DNA of 64,000 nt, taken from positions 1,665,832-1,729,831 of the forward strand of contig MNCI01000651.1 in NCBI GenBank assembly GCA_015680685.1, read 5' to 3'. A program made the translations under genes and the position numbers. Below are positions 39,598-53,106 of the stretch, one piece after another. The notes beneath the pieces were generated by a model. It was not told the origin of the DNA. It saw nothing but the letters and a program-made list of their open reading frames with translations, and did no database searches. The DNA is from Gnetum montanum (Eukaryota; Plantae; Gnetophyta). Position 1 is the first letter of the stretch; every line of letters begins with the position of its first letter.

Positions 39598-42450
39598 ATG
39601 TGTTGTGATCGTAGATGATACCAAAAGGAAAGCACATGTAGGAAGTAGGACCATCTCAACCAAAGGAGAAATGGCCTAGAATGGGAAAAGACCAAGAATA
39701 GCCCTAAGAAGAACCACTTGCAACCCATGCCACAGGTCCTCTTAGGGAAGAGACCAAGGTGGAATCTATCCAATAGATTCCAAAACTAGCAGCAATAATA
39801 GAACACTCGCATTCAGATGATGTACTAGCACAACCAGCAAATCTTAAGGTGATCTTGAAAAAGGCTTGCCTAAATAGAGAGGTCCAAAAATCGGTGCTCT
39901 AGGAGTTCAATTTTGGCCCTTTCCTAGAGAAAGCACCAAAAGAAGTGCAAGACCAATTAAAGGCCTCTCCCATGTGGCCAATCATCACTTCCACCAAGGA
40001 GTGGTACATGGGAGAGATGTGTTTATTCTAGAATAATAAGTAGCCTAGATCAATAGTAAAAGTAAAGAACATCTTAGTGTCCTACTTGATATACATAATT
40101 GATACAGTGCTTGGGTTGCTAGAAATGGGGGCAAGTATTATTGAGATCCCAATGTAGATAAATCCCAATATCAAGAAAGAATGGCTGCAATGGTGCTATA
40201 GCATCGACTACAAGGATTTTGGCATGCTCACACCAGCAGAGAGGATTTATTACAAGACCTCAATACAATGATAAGGCCAAGAAAAATCACTACCTTCTCT
40301 ACTTGAGCATGTGCCACTCTATGTGGGATATTCCCTGTCAACTTTCCATAGTTGATATATCTAGAGATGAAGAAGTAGTTTAAAGAAAATAAACATAGAA
40401 GGAAGGCACTCCCATTCCCATGCCTCATCAAGAAACTTTGTTGAAGGGGAGGAATAGTTCATTACATCAATGGTACTATCAGAACTATTCTAGGCACTAA
40501 TTGGGTAGAAGTGATGAAGGATAAGATGCTTGCAACCACTATCCAAGAAGAGGAGTAGTAACCACCACTTCCAACTGCCACTCAAACAACTATGCCAGAC
40601 GTCGATGCTACTACCTAACAGTTGTGCGAATATTGAAAATGGTTCTTGAGTGAACAAGAGCAATAAGTAGGCATGAGTGGTGGGTACCTATCTATATATA
40701 GAGCAGCAATGGGTCACCTCAATGAGATGGTCCAACAATTAGTTTGATGGGTGTAGGCGGATCCATTTTCTCTACTCAAAGAACACAGCTACTCGCAAGG
40801 TCGAATCAGAGTACTAGAGAGGTCACAGTATCTCTTGCAAAATAGTAGTCACTCCTAGAAATCTCTGGAAATGATACGAGAGTTTTGGTATGCTTGTTGA
40901 AAGGTGAGGGGGTAACTGTATTGGTCATGTAGCACTAAGGATAAGAGATAGTAGTCGAGTTGGTTTTTGATTACATTGTTAAAATACTCAATGCACCTAC
41001 AACATCTGCACCAAATGTCACTATACTCAAGGATGTGAAAATGTCTGTAGGAATCACAAGTTGTAGAATAAATGTAGCATAACATGAAAAACTACTGAAC
41101 TGATTGGTAGGAACCAAGCAACCACCTCTAGATGTATTTGACCTTTCAAAAAATATCATTGTAACCTAGTTGGAGCTACTTGGGGCAAGGGGTAAGAACA
41201 TCATGTTAGATGGACAACTTGAAATAGCCAAGAAACTGAATGAATGATTGGTTACTAGAGTTGCCAAATTAAGATCCTAGATTGTTGACCTTGCATTTCT
41301 TAACCCAACATTGATAAGAGATAAAACTATGGAATAAATTCACACCAAAATCAAAGGGGTTGAGGATGTAATGGAAATGGCATTATTCTATCGATCCTTG
41401 GTAGAGGCCACATAACATAAAATTTAGAAGGCCTTGGATAAAACCCACTAGGAGAATGTATAGTTGATCATAGAGAACCATCACCTATAGAATGTTGATG
41501 AGCATAAGAAATAATTAACCAACTTCATCCATCAATAGTAGGAGCAACTGTCTAGAGCCAACATAGAATTAAGGAGATTGGTAATAGAAACTAGAAATCT
41601 CTCCATGGAGGAGGTTTGTGCCCTTCACCAAAAAATTGTGATTGAGGTAGCTGCCTAGGAATTGGAGGCTCTTAAATTTGAGAGTCAAGAACCATTATAG
41701 AGAATAGGTCAATCTACAAAAGGAGGTGAATGAAAAACACATCCATTTGGTGAAGGGAAAAGTGAATGAAACCCTTCAGAAACTCTAGCAAGTGAGAGAA
41801 TTATGGGAACCCATCATTGATGGAATAGATGCCTACAACAAAGTAGAAATCTACATGAAGGAGTTGCAAATTGAGAAGATGACAGAATGCATGGACCTTT
41901 CCAATCTCCATTATGCAAATTTTGCCATGTTGACTATTAGATGGCTATGGTTAGAGCTTGAGAAACTAGTGGCTAGCTCATACTTATTCTATGAGGCCAA
42001 GTTCAAGCATCACAAAGACACCAAGCAAAAGCTTGTAGTGGAAAATGATGAACTCGAAGTCCTCAAGGCACAATTTACTAATCAATGATCAACTATAGAG
42101 AACCCAGCTAGGAGGATGAATGACTACTAGGAGCTATAGAATGTAGTTAGGACATTCAACATTGAATGCAAATAATTCATTGCCTGGTTTGTCAATGTAA
42201 AGGAAATGTTTCCACTAATTCCCTATTCATGGGTCCCATTCTAGCCCACGTTGGTGATGCCATGTGGACTATGAATGATCTCGAAAGTAAGGAGGAGAAG
42301 ATGAAGGCTTTATTGGATGCCTTTTGTCTTTTACCAGAAGGTGTAGTTGTAATAGGGTAGCCATAGCCACCTTAGCTACCCCACATGCTTGAAGGAAGTG
42401 AAGGTTCTTTAGAACCTCAGAAGCCTCCACCACCTAGGATTGTTTGATCT
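39598..42450 (+). pseudogene. Extra (env-position) ORF of A2: putative plant transposon protein (Transposase_32-like) plus coiled coil
   Basis: ~40320-40455 reads CGIFPVNFP*LIYLEMKK*FKENKHRRKALPFPCLIKKLC*RGGI (LPFPxLIxxLC motif); homologous to 12651-15261; ends approximate. Confidence 0.75.
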
Positions 42451-42681
42451 TCTCCACTACCTTCATGCCACCAAATTATGTGCTATCCAATTTTGTGTTG
42501 TCATGTCATGGTGTTCAATTTTGTGTCATGAACACCACAATTTTTGTAGTGTGTGATCTGTACACTCGAGCACTCAGTTTTGTCAAGTCAGTTTGTTTTG
42601 TTAAGAGTTAGTCAATAATCCCATACCTTTCCAATGTTGTAAAGGAATGTGAGGATGAGTTTTCATTCAGTCATGGAGGTA

Positions 42682-43568
42682 TGATGAGCATCAAAGTGTG
42701 ACATTGATGGGACCCTATTTATGTGGTGTTGCCCCATTGATGGGGCCATTTCAATGTATAGTTTGCTATGTCTATGGGGCCCTGTCAATGCAGCCCTAGA
42801 GAAAAAATGATAAATACAAGCTCCCATGTTTATGGGAATTCAAGTCATAGTAGTACTAGAGCTCTTGGAGTTTGTCCATTTGAAAGTTAGAATATTTCTC
42901 TAGGTGCTTGCACCAGGAGTCATAAAGTGTATGAATCTTTATTCGAGCACTATTGTACCAGAACCATACCAATGTGTATAGCAATAAAGACAAGATTTTT
43001 GATAAGCCTTGTAGCACATAGAATATATTAATGATTTATTTATGGATTTATTGTTTTCATTAATTATGTCATTGATCAAGCTAAATTAGACTTTGATTTA
43101 TTAGTTAATTAATTAAGCTAAATAAATTAAGCATATAAGTACAACCACTTTAAGTGTAAACATGTATTCACTTGGTAATCCCAATAGTTTTATTACTTGG
43201 TGCACCCAATAGCATATATGTGGGTTCAAAAAGTGTATGGAAAGTGGGACCGGATACTTATGTTAGGACTAGTTAAAGATTAGTTAAATAGTTAAATTAA
43301 ATTAGTTCTCAATTTACTTCATCTCTCTCTTTAAGCATAAAAAACATATAATATAAAATGAAAAAAATCATATGCCTTGATTACACTTAACCACACTTTT
43401 GTACACCACAAGTGTAATTGGGAAGAAAACAAATGATCATTAGGGTAAGGTTTACTTCCTAGAAGACTAGTGCATCAAAAACTAGAGAGGCCATGGAATT
43501 TGACCAGATTGTGCATGAGTGCTTTGTGATTCATATGGTTGGGCATAGGGTACCTTTATTGCTCATTA
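42682..43568 (+). repeat. 3' LTR of A2
   Basis: TGATGAGCATCAAAGTGT...GCTCATTA (terminal CA changed to TA), followed by the TSD. Confidence 0.95.
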
Positions 43569-45638
43569 GGTTTTTAGCCTAGATCTTCAAAATTAGTCAC
43601 TAGTGGGGTAAGGTATGTGTTTACATTTTTTTGCAAAGGGGGTACCACACCAAGAGTCTCTTATGCTTAGCTAGTTGAAAATTTGCCTCAAAAGTCTTAC
43701 AAAATGCTCAAGATTGCCACAAGTTCTAGCACTCAAGAATTGCCAAAAAAGCTTTAGGAATTTGGAATCAAAGAACTCATTCCAGGTATTTTAGATTGGC
43801 TTTTATAGATTCTCACAATTATTGGTTTTTGTGCTGCAAATTTTTGCCATGATTGTTGATAGATTGATTTGATTTGCACAGGTGGAAAGCTATAATTCCC
43901 AATCTAGTTTTCCTTTTTAGGTAAGTTTTGATGCACCTAGGCCACCAAAATACTTTGGATGCTAAGAATAGTAAATGGATTTTACCAACTACATTGGATT
44001 CAACCATCCATGCTGGGCTTTATGGGAACTATGTTGAAATCATGGGATCCATGATGGCATGATGGAGCAACAATGGGATTGTTGAATTATGAAACCCAAA
44101 CTGCTCTAATGCTGACTTCATGTGAAAATGGAAACTTCTACAACCTAAACACTAGCCTCATGTTATCTATGCTAGGCGTTATGGCAACTACACTAGGTTT
44201 TACTAGGAAAATGAAAATCCAATACCACCAACATTGGGTGCAAGTAGTTTTAGCGTAGTTGAGGTTATGGCCCATGTAAAACCAATGAAAATGCCATATT
44301 TGGTAGTTACCAAGGTATTTTAAGCCTTCAAGCTCAACTATAGATATGAAATAATGTTTTTCACTTGGGAAGTGAGGCTATAACAACTTATGAGGCATTT
44401 TTCAGCCTTAAAAGTTCATTTATATGGGATTGTAACTCATGGGCTTCCAGCCTCACAACTTTACAATGAAAATATAGTCTCAAGTGTAGGGGTGAAGGTT
44501 ACAATGCTAGAAAACATTAGAACATGCATTTTATTGGTGGTCTTTCATTGGACCCTCTTTATTGTTGTTTGTAGAATTGACTCAAGAGACATTGATAAAG
44601 AATATAAAACACCACTGCATGTCCATCATCAATGTTTCCTCTTCATGCTTGATTCAGTAGTGTCAAACCATGCTAAAGAGTTCTTGTAATGATGGGATAA
44701 GTATTATGATTAGATGATATAGGATAAAGAGCATATTTTATCATAAGGAAATGGTCACAAGGTTAACAATGATTTCCAAATGTTGACATCATGGTTATAG
44801 TTATGGTGGTGATACTTTGGCTAATCAATATGGTCTTTGCACTTCATGATGTGAAGTGTTGATTACTTAGTAATGTTTTTTAGGAAGAAACATCTTGATC
44901 CAAAGTTTCTTTGGTCATTAGGCTCTTTCCTTTGCTTGTTTGGAGCCTCTAGTTTATCTTTTAGTCTTCATTAGTCTCTCAGCTTTTTGGTAATTTGCTT
45001 CCCTTTTCTTTTCTGGGGTGAAACCTTCATTGGGTTTCATTGTCAAGGCCATATTTGATTTGTTTTTTCCATTGAATGAGATGTGTAACATTTAATGAAC
45101 TTGATGGTAAAGTATGATGAAGGAAATGTCACATGGCCATGGTGGATGAGTGTCAAACATAGGTTATCATTGTTGTTTTGAGTAAAGAAGGTTATAATTA
45201 GGCTGTAGGGTTGGTATCAAGAAATGGTAATGATAATAATGTGAAATAAGAACTCTTGATATAGTAGGACAAGATAATCAAATATTATGCATCAAGGTCA
45301 AATGGTAATTTGTTGCCATGATGAGATAAACCTTTACAATGACTCTACGCTTCATCCTACAAGCACAACCCTAAGAGGACAAGAAAACAAGATAAAGAAA
45401 ACATGTTGTTACATGATAATGCATAAGGTCACATGAGACAACTAGAAAAATAGGTCACCATAGGTTACTATTGTTACAACATAGGGATATCTATGCATTA
45501 TGCATCAAATTTACAAAGTTTACTATTCATTCATTATGCAAAATAGAGAGATAGAGAAAGCATGTGTAGGCTCACTTATCATTCGATGTAAGGGCCATTA
45601 ATGTCAATTGTTGATTTGTACCTATAAAGAAAATTACA

Positions 45639-48600
45639 TTATATGTAATAAGTCTTTAGATAGGAATCATGTTTGCTATTTTGAAGGCTTTGTTACCATA
45701 GGCCTTGGTGATCAAGAAAGGTCCCTCCCAGTTGGTTGAGAACATGTCCACATGCTCACAAACAACCTTGAGAACTAGGTCTCCCTCCTTGATCTTCCAT
45801 TTGTTCAAGTCATGGCGATGCTATTGATTTTGCCTCTCTTGGTACCATTTGATGTGAGTAAACATTCATACTTGATGCTCTTCCACTGAATCTAGGTCAA
45901 TGATGCTTAGCTCCTTTTTCTATTCATCATTGATGAAGTTCGATAGAGCTACTCTTGGTTATGGAACCTACAATTCAAGAGGTAAAATAGCTTTAAAATA
46001 ATAAGCTAGGCTATATGAGATTATTTGTTATAGTTCAAAGTGCTTTAAAAGAGCTTCAGAATTATAGTTCAAAAGATCATTTGTTAGGCCCAAAGTGCAT
46101 GGACAAGCCCCTCATGCCACTTGCATTTGCTATTATTGAGCATCATTTTGAGCAAGTTTCTGATACTAGCTTTACCTTGTCCATTTGCTTGAGGCTAGTA
46201 TGGTGATGAAAAGGAATATTTAATACCTAGGTCTTGACAAAAGGCTTCATTTTATTGGATACTAAGTTTTTGATCAATTATTTATGATTATGATCAAAGG
46301 TATGTCAAAATAGACTACTATGTTATTGAGTATGAATCTATATACTTGTTGAGACATCATCTTTCTTAGGAGAATAGCTTCAGTCCACTTTATAAATTAT
46401 TCGATTGTAGTGATGATAAAGCTAGGTCCTATAAAAGACTTAGGTTTTATAGGTCCAATAATGTTGAGTCCCCATCATTGAAATGGCTAGTTTATCTAAG
46501 TAGTGTGTAATTGAATTGGTGGAACATATATTAGGTTGCTATGTCGTTGATAGGTGTCATAAATTTTAACCTTCTATAGGTAGTTGCTTTCCATAGAGGG
46601 TCAATAATAGCATAGTTGTATAATCTTGGAGGTGATGGCTCTAGGTCCTATATGTTCCCTATATACACCTTCATGCACTTTCTTAAGAACTATGTAGGGT
46701 TTATTTTGTTCAAGCACACTAACAATACTCCATCATAAGACTGTTGAAATAATGTGTTATCACCTATAATGACATATTGTTTTGATCTCTTATGTACAAA
46801 TTCCTTTTGAGAAGTAGTTAGGCCCTATGGAGATTCATAATGCATAAGGTAAAACTTAATATCGTCATACAATTCCTTTGGAGGAGCAGTATTAATAGAG
46901 GCTATAGAGTCACCTTTAGTGTTTTGCATAATGGGAATAACATAGTTCATAGTTAAAGAGGGTAACTTGCTAAAAAAAAAAGCATCACACTTAGGGCTAA
47001 TATCACAATGGCATTGACTAACATATTCTTGGTTTAGGGTATATGTTAGATACCAATGTTTATAAATTATTGCATCAGTTTCTTGCCTGGGTCATAATAA
47101 GGTTGCAAATTTTTGGCTTTACAAGTGTAAACCTCAGCCACTTGGTTAACTACTAGTTGTGAATAATCTTTTATCATTAGGAAATTGATTCCTTGATCAA
47201 TAGGTACCATCATTCCTTTGATCAATCCTTCATACTCCACCATGTTGTTGGTACATGAAAATTAAAAATGGTAGATGAAGGATTGGATTTCACTAGAAGG
47301 TGATGTTATGATAGCAACACCACTAGTCCAATGGGTAGTTGAAGCTCCATCAAATTGCATAATTACCTGATAGCTCTTAGGTACTTTGCTAATAAGGTTG
47401 ACATGTTCATTAGGAAATTTAGGGTCAATGGCTACATGGTCTTCTATTGGGAAAATGGTAAGTTGTGCAGCTATAGCTTTTCCTTTTTTTTGAGGCTTGG
47501 GACACATAATGGAGGTCAAAATTGGCTGTTATGGCTTTTCAATGGGTTATATGAATACTTTCATAGATATTGGTCATTATGGCTCTAAGCACATTGTCCT
47601 TGCAAAGGACATTGACTTGGCTTCTAAGGAGGTAGTGTCTCCACTTCTTCAATGAGAAGGTTAGGGCTATATAATACTTCTCCACTTCAATGTATTAGGT
47701 CTCATAGGAAATTAATGCAAGACTTAGGTAGTATATGAGTAACTCTACTCCATTACCTTGTTTTTGATAGATTAGAGAGCCAATGGACATGTTAGAGATA
47801 GTAAGTTAGATATAAAAAGATTTATCCTTATGTGGTGGATAGACTATGGGTAGTTGTGCCAACTCTTGCTTAAGGTTTTTAAAGGCTCCTTGGCATTGAG
47901 CCATCCACTCATAGTGGACTTCTTTCTTAAGCAAGTGTTGTATGGATTGTAATTTATCTATAAGCTTGACGATTGACCTATAGATAAATTGTAATCTACC
48001 TTGCAATTCCTAAAGCTCCTTAAGGTTAGTTGGTACTGCTAGGTTGGATATGGCTTTAACCTTATCAAGATTGACATGTATTCCCACTTCAAATGCTACA
48101 AAGCCAAGCATCTTACTAGTTTTGACACCACAGACACACTTCTTGGGATTAATTCTAAGATCATATTTGAGGCATCATTAAAACATAAGCTCAAGGTCAT
48201 GTGCATGATCACTAACCATTTTGGACTTAATAGCTATATCATCCACATAGTCATTAAGAAATCCTAGCACGTAATCTATAAAGATATACACCATGGCTTA
48301 TTAATACTTGGCACCTGCATTCTTTAGACCAAAGGGAATCATGATGTAATAGAAGATTCCCTAAGAGGTTATGAAGGTCATACAAAGTTGATGTTCTAGG
48401 TTAATCCTAACTTGGTTGTATCTTGAGACACCATCCATGAAGGATAGCAAGGCATGTCTTATCATAGCATTAATAAGTTGGCCAGTACTAGACAAAGGGA
48501 AGTCATCTTTGATAGTTATCTTACTCAGTTTTTGGATATCAATACAAATACGTATACTCCCATTTTTCTTAGGGACTACCACTATGTTGGATACCCATTT

Positions 48601-49154
48601 CGAATAATTGATAACTCGAATGAAAATATCTTGATATAAATTTGTGATTTCATTATGAACTACCAGGGCTAAATTTGATCTAATCTTACAAATGTTTTGC
48701 TTAACTGGCTTGATACTAGGTCAAGTATAAGGTTATGTTGCACTAGGCGTGGGTCAAGAATTGGCATATCTTCATATGACCATGCAAAGGCCTTAATGTT
48801 GTCTTGAAGGATCTTGGTGATGTCTTGAGCTTATTGAGGTTCAAGTGAGGAACTTAGTTTTACTATTTTCTCTTCACTACTATGTGTTCTGATAGAAAAC
48901 TTAACTAAAGACTCATTAGTAATGTCGCTAACCTTGAGATCAAGGGCCTTGACTAGGTTTTCATGCCACTTAAGGGGTTTCTTTATCGAGGCTATGTGGT
49001 CGATGGAAATCTTAGGTTCAAGATCTAAACACTTGAAGTCAATGAATCATTCAACATCACCATGAGGTGCACTTAGGTTCAAAGGTAAACTAATTTACCT
49101 CTAGGTGCCCATACTCCAATCTTGCATATCAATCATAAGCATATTAAGTAGCAC
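45639..49154 (-). pseudogene. pol: pol of T1 (RT, RH, archaeal-type RH, INT), disrupted
   Basis: VVPKKNGSIRICIDIQKLSK, LSFMDGVSRYNQV, YVDD, LQGRLQFI, KGKAIAAQL, QFDGAS, HEGVYREHIG, NWEGPFLI. Confidence 0.9.
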
Positions 49155-49229
49155 CTATGTGACAAAATGAGCAAATAATGCCAAAATAATGTAAAATACT
49201 TTAGCAATAATGCATGGATAAGCCAAAAC

Positions 49230-49800
49230 ACATTTCATCAATGGTTAAACAAGGTTCAAACAAGGTCAACCAAGGCTATAAGAGATAGGTGAAAATAAAT
49301 AAGATGAAACAAAGGATACATAAGGTCAAATGAAGGCCAAATGATGGTTGAATGGGATTAAGTAAAGGCCAAATGAGTGTCTAATGATGATCAAGTGTCA
49401 TCAAATGAGATTGAATAAGGCTAAAACATGGTCAACAAGGATTATAGGGGATAGGATAAGGTAGATGGCATAAACCAAAGGCCAACTAGCATGAAATCAA
49501 GCCAAATGATGACAAATGAGGCCAAATGGAAACAAAATGATGTTCAAACCCCATCAAATATTTTCTAGAGGATCAAACAAGGTCATAATGATGTTAACTA
49601 AGGTTAAACCAAGTTTACTAAGGTCAAAAGATGCCAAAAGACAAGAACATTTACATGAAACAAGGCTCAAATGATAAGAAAATCATGAAAATAAATCCAA
49701 ATGAGATCAAATGATAGGGCATTGAAGGTCAGTAATGCATACCAAGGTCAAATCAAGTTAAACTGCAATGAAACAAGGTAAAATTGTTCAAGGTAGGTGA
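49230..49800. repeat. Degenerate short repeats (AAGGTCAAATGA / AAGGCCAAATGA) upstream of T1 RT
   Basis: Many imperfect copies, at the position equivalent to the array upstream of RT in T2. Confidence 0.5.
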
Positions 49801-49891
49801 CATGGGATAAAACATGATCAATATTGGTTAATTAGGGTTAGATTTTACCAGTTTTAGGCATTAGTAGGCCATGGTATGAGGCTACAGGGTT

Positions 49892-51365
49892 TGTAGTGAA
49901 TGAAAACGTTGGTGGTTGGAACACCGAGAGGTTGCCGAGCGAACAGTTTAACCTCGGATTCATGCAAGGGCCGTGCTAGAGAGAAATGAAAGCGAGGCAC
50001 CGTGAACGGTCTAGTTGATCAGACAGGGACTTAGTTGGTGTATCTTAACCTTATGTAAACATTGTTTCAGAAGCAAGACATGTGAGGTAAATTGATGATC
50101 AATAAATGTAGAATGGAGAAAATAATGCAAAACAATGATAATAGCAAAGAAATATTAGAACAAACTTGGGTAAGAAAGTGCACCACCCCAAGGTCATGGA
50201 TTCAATTCCTTTCCTTTTTTGAAAGATATACAATAGGTTATGCAATGCTAGAGATGCACTGCTTACTCAGAGGTAACTAAAGTGCTCAAGAAAGATGCCA
50301 ACTATGCCTTCTGAAAGTCAACTTAAAAGCCAACTGCAACAAGAAGCCAACTCTGTTTGCTAAGAAGCCAATCAAGAAGCTGATCAACCTATGCAAAAAA
50401 GGCAATAAGCCAACTACTCTTGTCGATGTAAAAAAATGCCAACTCTTTGAATGAAAAGCCAACCCTTTGAGCGTTGTTTACCAGGGTATTTATAGGGCTA
50501 GGAGCAGGCGAGAAATGGGGCCTAGATGCCACGTGTCTTGGACCCCACAAGATGCTAACGTGCCCGTACCGTGTAGGTGTGTAATGCTGGACATGAACTT
50601 GGCTACACTATGACTATACCTCTGAGGCTACATGTGCTAAGATCAGTGTGCTAACAATGCAAAAAAAAAAGGAGCTTACGCTTTAGGACTACGTATTCCT
50701 TGCTCTTATGAGTGGGATCAAGTGTAGGAACAATGTTTTGTGAGCTAACCAGGGGGTATGCAAAATGAAGTAACATTGCTAATTCTACCAAGGAGATGCC
50801 AGAATGAGGGAGATTGTTGTCAACAAGTTCTAGAACTACCCAAAGACATCTTGATGCTTTTGTACCAGTGTTGTATTACTCATGCTATTGAGTACATTGT
50901 TGTAGCATAAGTGGCTGCTTGCTACACTGTGCTACGCTACGTAGCGTAGCATAGCGTAGCCACTGGTCTTAACTGAAACTTGTGTTGGAGCTAAAAGCAT
51001 TTGTCTGAGGCTTGGTCATGCTAACAATGACAGCTTTTGTCCTTTATGTTAGGAAGCCTTTAAACCTGTTGAACTCATGTTTGAAACACCCTTGCTGCTT
51101 TTGTGTTGTTGCTACGCTGTGCTACGCTTGAGAAACTGTCTTTCAAGGCTTGCTACACTGCATAGCGTAGCAAACTTTCTTCACTAGAAAAATTGCTAAA
51201 CTGCTTTACTTATCCTAAACACTTTTAGTAACTCCTAGCATAGTTTTTGAGTAGATTGTCAGCCGGGTGAATTGTCTAGGTGGGTAGGTCAGAGGGTCCA
51301 TCAGGCTTGTTAACTTTGGAGATAGAAAACTTGTCGGACTGGATAGTCTAACCTTAGTGTCTACA
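49892..51365 (-). repeat. 3' LTR of T2
   Basis: Terminal inverted TGTAG/CTACA; minus-strand CTATAAATA at 50487-50495; adjacent purine tract; GCCAAC(T) repeats at ~50297-50463. The partner LTR is outside the window. Confidence 0.8.
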
Positions 51366-51376
51366 TTTTCCTACTG
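51366..51376 (-). other. Polypurine tract of T2
   Basis: Minus strand CAGTAGGAAAA directly before TGTAGACAC. Confidence 0.6.
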
Positions 51377-52788
51377 AACTATCATGACATTGCACTTGTG
51401 GAAGTCCTTGCCTAAATTCCAAGACCCTGTTGAGATATGAGGGTCATGAAACACCATGAAGGACAAGTCGTGAACATCGCTCTCTGGTGGTTGCTTGGAA
51501 GTTTCTTTGCTATGCTTAGAAGTAATAAGATAGTTGTGCAAGGGAAAGGGGAAAGGGTGGACTTGAGGGGATAGGTTTAGGAAAAGATAAGATGAAACTT
51601 AGTGCGGTTCCTCATTGGAGTGCTTGTGAGGGAATCAGCCCATGTGGACATCTGTTCTTTTACTAGCCTCTGATCTCTCATCGGGATGCTTGAAGAGGGT
51701 CATTGGCAAACAATTGGTGTGCCCTTTGTTTTGGGCACACACTCTTTTTCTTTTCTCTCTTTTTTTTTGCGTTACACTTTTGTGCTTTTGTTTTGCTATT
51801 TAGCCATATTCATTTGCAAACAACCTTATTGTTATAGGACAAGTGTTTTCTCCCCAAGACTAGTTGCATTACATCCATGTGGGGCTTTTACCTACCTACA
51901 GATGCTTCCCATGTGGTGAGTTATGTTGTGCATGTCATGGACTTTGTGGTTGAGCATATGGAAGGGCTTTACATGCATCAAGAAATCTTGTAAAAGGGGT
52001 TTAAAAAGGGAAACTACGGAATTGAGAAATGAGATGATGAAGGTTAAAGGGGAGGGGTAGGATGGGAACTCCCAAGTAGCTAAGCTAGTTAGAGAAGTCA
52101 CCTTGGAACGATGTGGTGTCTTGTCCTCCTGGTGAAACACATCTCTGACTGATGCCATCTCATCTCATATCTTGCAAGTGCAACAAAGGGCAGACTAGAA
52201 AAATGTGATCATGAAGTGTAGTTAGGCAAAGGTCTTACTTGCTTTAGACATTACCGAATTGACATGCACTATTGTTAAGCCATGCGACGTCTAAAGCAGG
52301 AAGGTTGGTAGCAGCTCTAGTAGCGGCAGGCTAAAGGGGTCGGCACCGAGGGGGCTAGGAGTTGCGCGATGCGAGTGCTTAGGAGTCCCCACCCAAGGCA
52401 AACATCATGTAGTTTAGCTATAAGGTGAGAGGCCTAACAGCTGAACCTCTTTTAAGCTTAGATGATGGTGGGTGCTGGAGGTTAGCAACTTTGTGGTTGG
52501 GCCACAATAGTGCTGGGGCTCCAGCAGTAGGTGCTAATAACGGAAGCTACTGCCAGGGCAATGGGCCGTGGTAGCGGTAGTTCTAAAAGGTCAAAAAGAT
52601 GTTAGATGTCATCTTTGGAGGATCAGCAAGATGCTAGGGGCAGTGGCATCACATTCATTCCAGAGGGTTCTTTCTTGCCATCATGAACTGTGTTCTGGAA
52701 TTGCAACACTCCACCCCGCATCAGCACTATTCATGCTCGTTTATTTGAATGGTAGTGGATTTTGAGCTAGGAACGTTGTGCCGCGAAC

Positions 52789-53085
52789 CTAGTTTAAGGT
52801 CCTGGTAGACCATTTGATGTACTAGTTTAAGGTCCTAGTAGACCGTTGTGCTAGTTTAAGGTCCTAGCAGACCGCTGTGCTAGTTTAAGGTCCTAGTAGA
52901 CCACTGTGCTAGTTTATCATCGTAGTGGATGGTGGACGGGCTAGTTTAACATCATAGCAGATGTTTTGTGCCAGTTTATAGTCATGGTGGACTATCTATG
53001 CTAGTTTATAGTTATGGCAGACTATGAATGCCAATTTATAATCGTAGTAGACTATGGATGCCAGTTTATAGTTGTAGCTAACTAT
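52789..53085. repeat. Tandem array of 10 units (~29-33 bp): CYAGTTT + inverted arms around a 6-nt loop
   Basis: Units such as CTAGTTTAAGGTCCTAGTAGACCGTTGTG; begins ~20 bp past the pol stop codon. Confidence 0.92.
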
Positions 53086-53106
53086 GGCGCTTACCTTGCT
53101 ACTACA

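Larger units (their letters stand above)
27469..43568 (+). mobile_element. Full-length Athila-like Ty3/gypsy element (A2), 16.1 kb, coding regions decayed
   Basis: Two LTRs starting TGATGAGCATCAAAGTGT; 5-bp TSD GGTTT at 27464-27468 and 43569-43573; PBS, gag-pol and extra ORF. Confidence 0.96.
43574..49891 (-). mobile_element. Older Ogre/Tat-type gypsy element fragment (T1), cut on the right by T2 and abutting A2 on the left
   Basis: RT-RH-aRH-INT order; protein similarity to T2; left boundary uncertain. Confidence 0.8.

Noticed and set aside
43610-43635. Possible inner LTR boundary of T1 (GTGTTTACATTTT, like T2's GTGTCTACATTTT)
   Set aside because: Short match only; no outer LTR end or further homology found.
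52789-53085. Telomeric (TTTAGGG) origin of TTTAAGG
   Set aside because: Single imperfect occurrences inside longer units; no head-to-tail heptamers.
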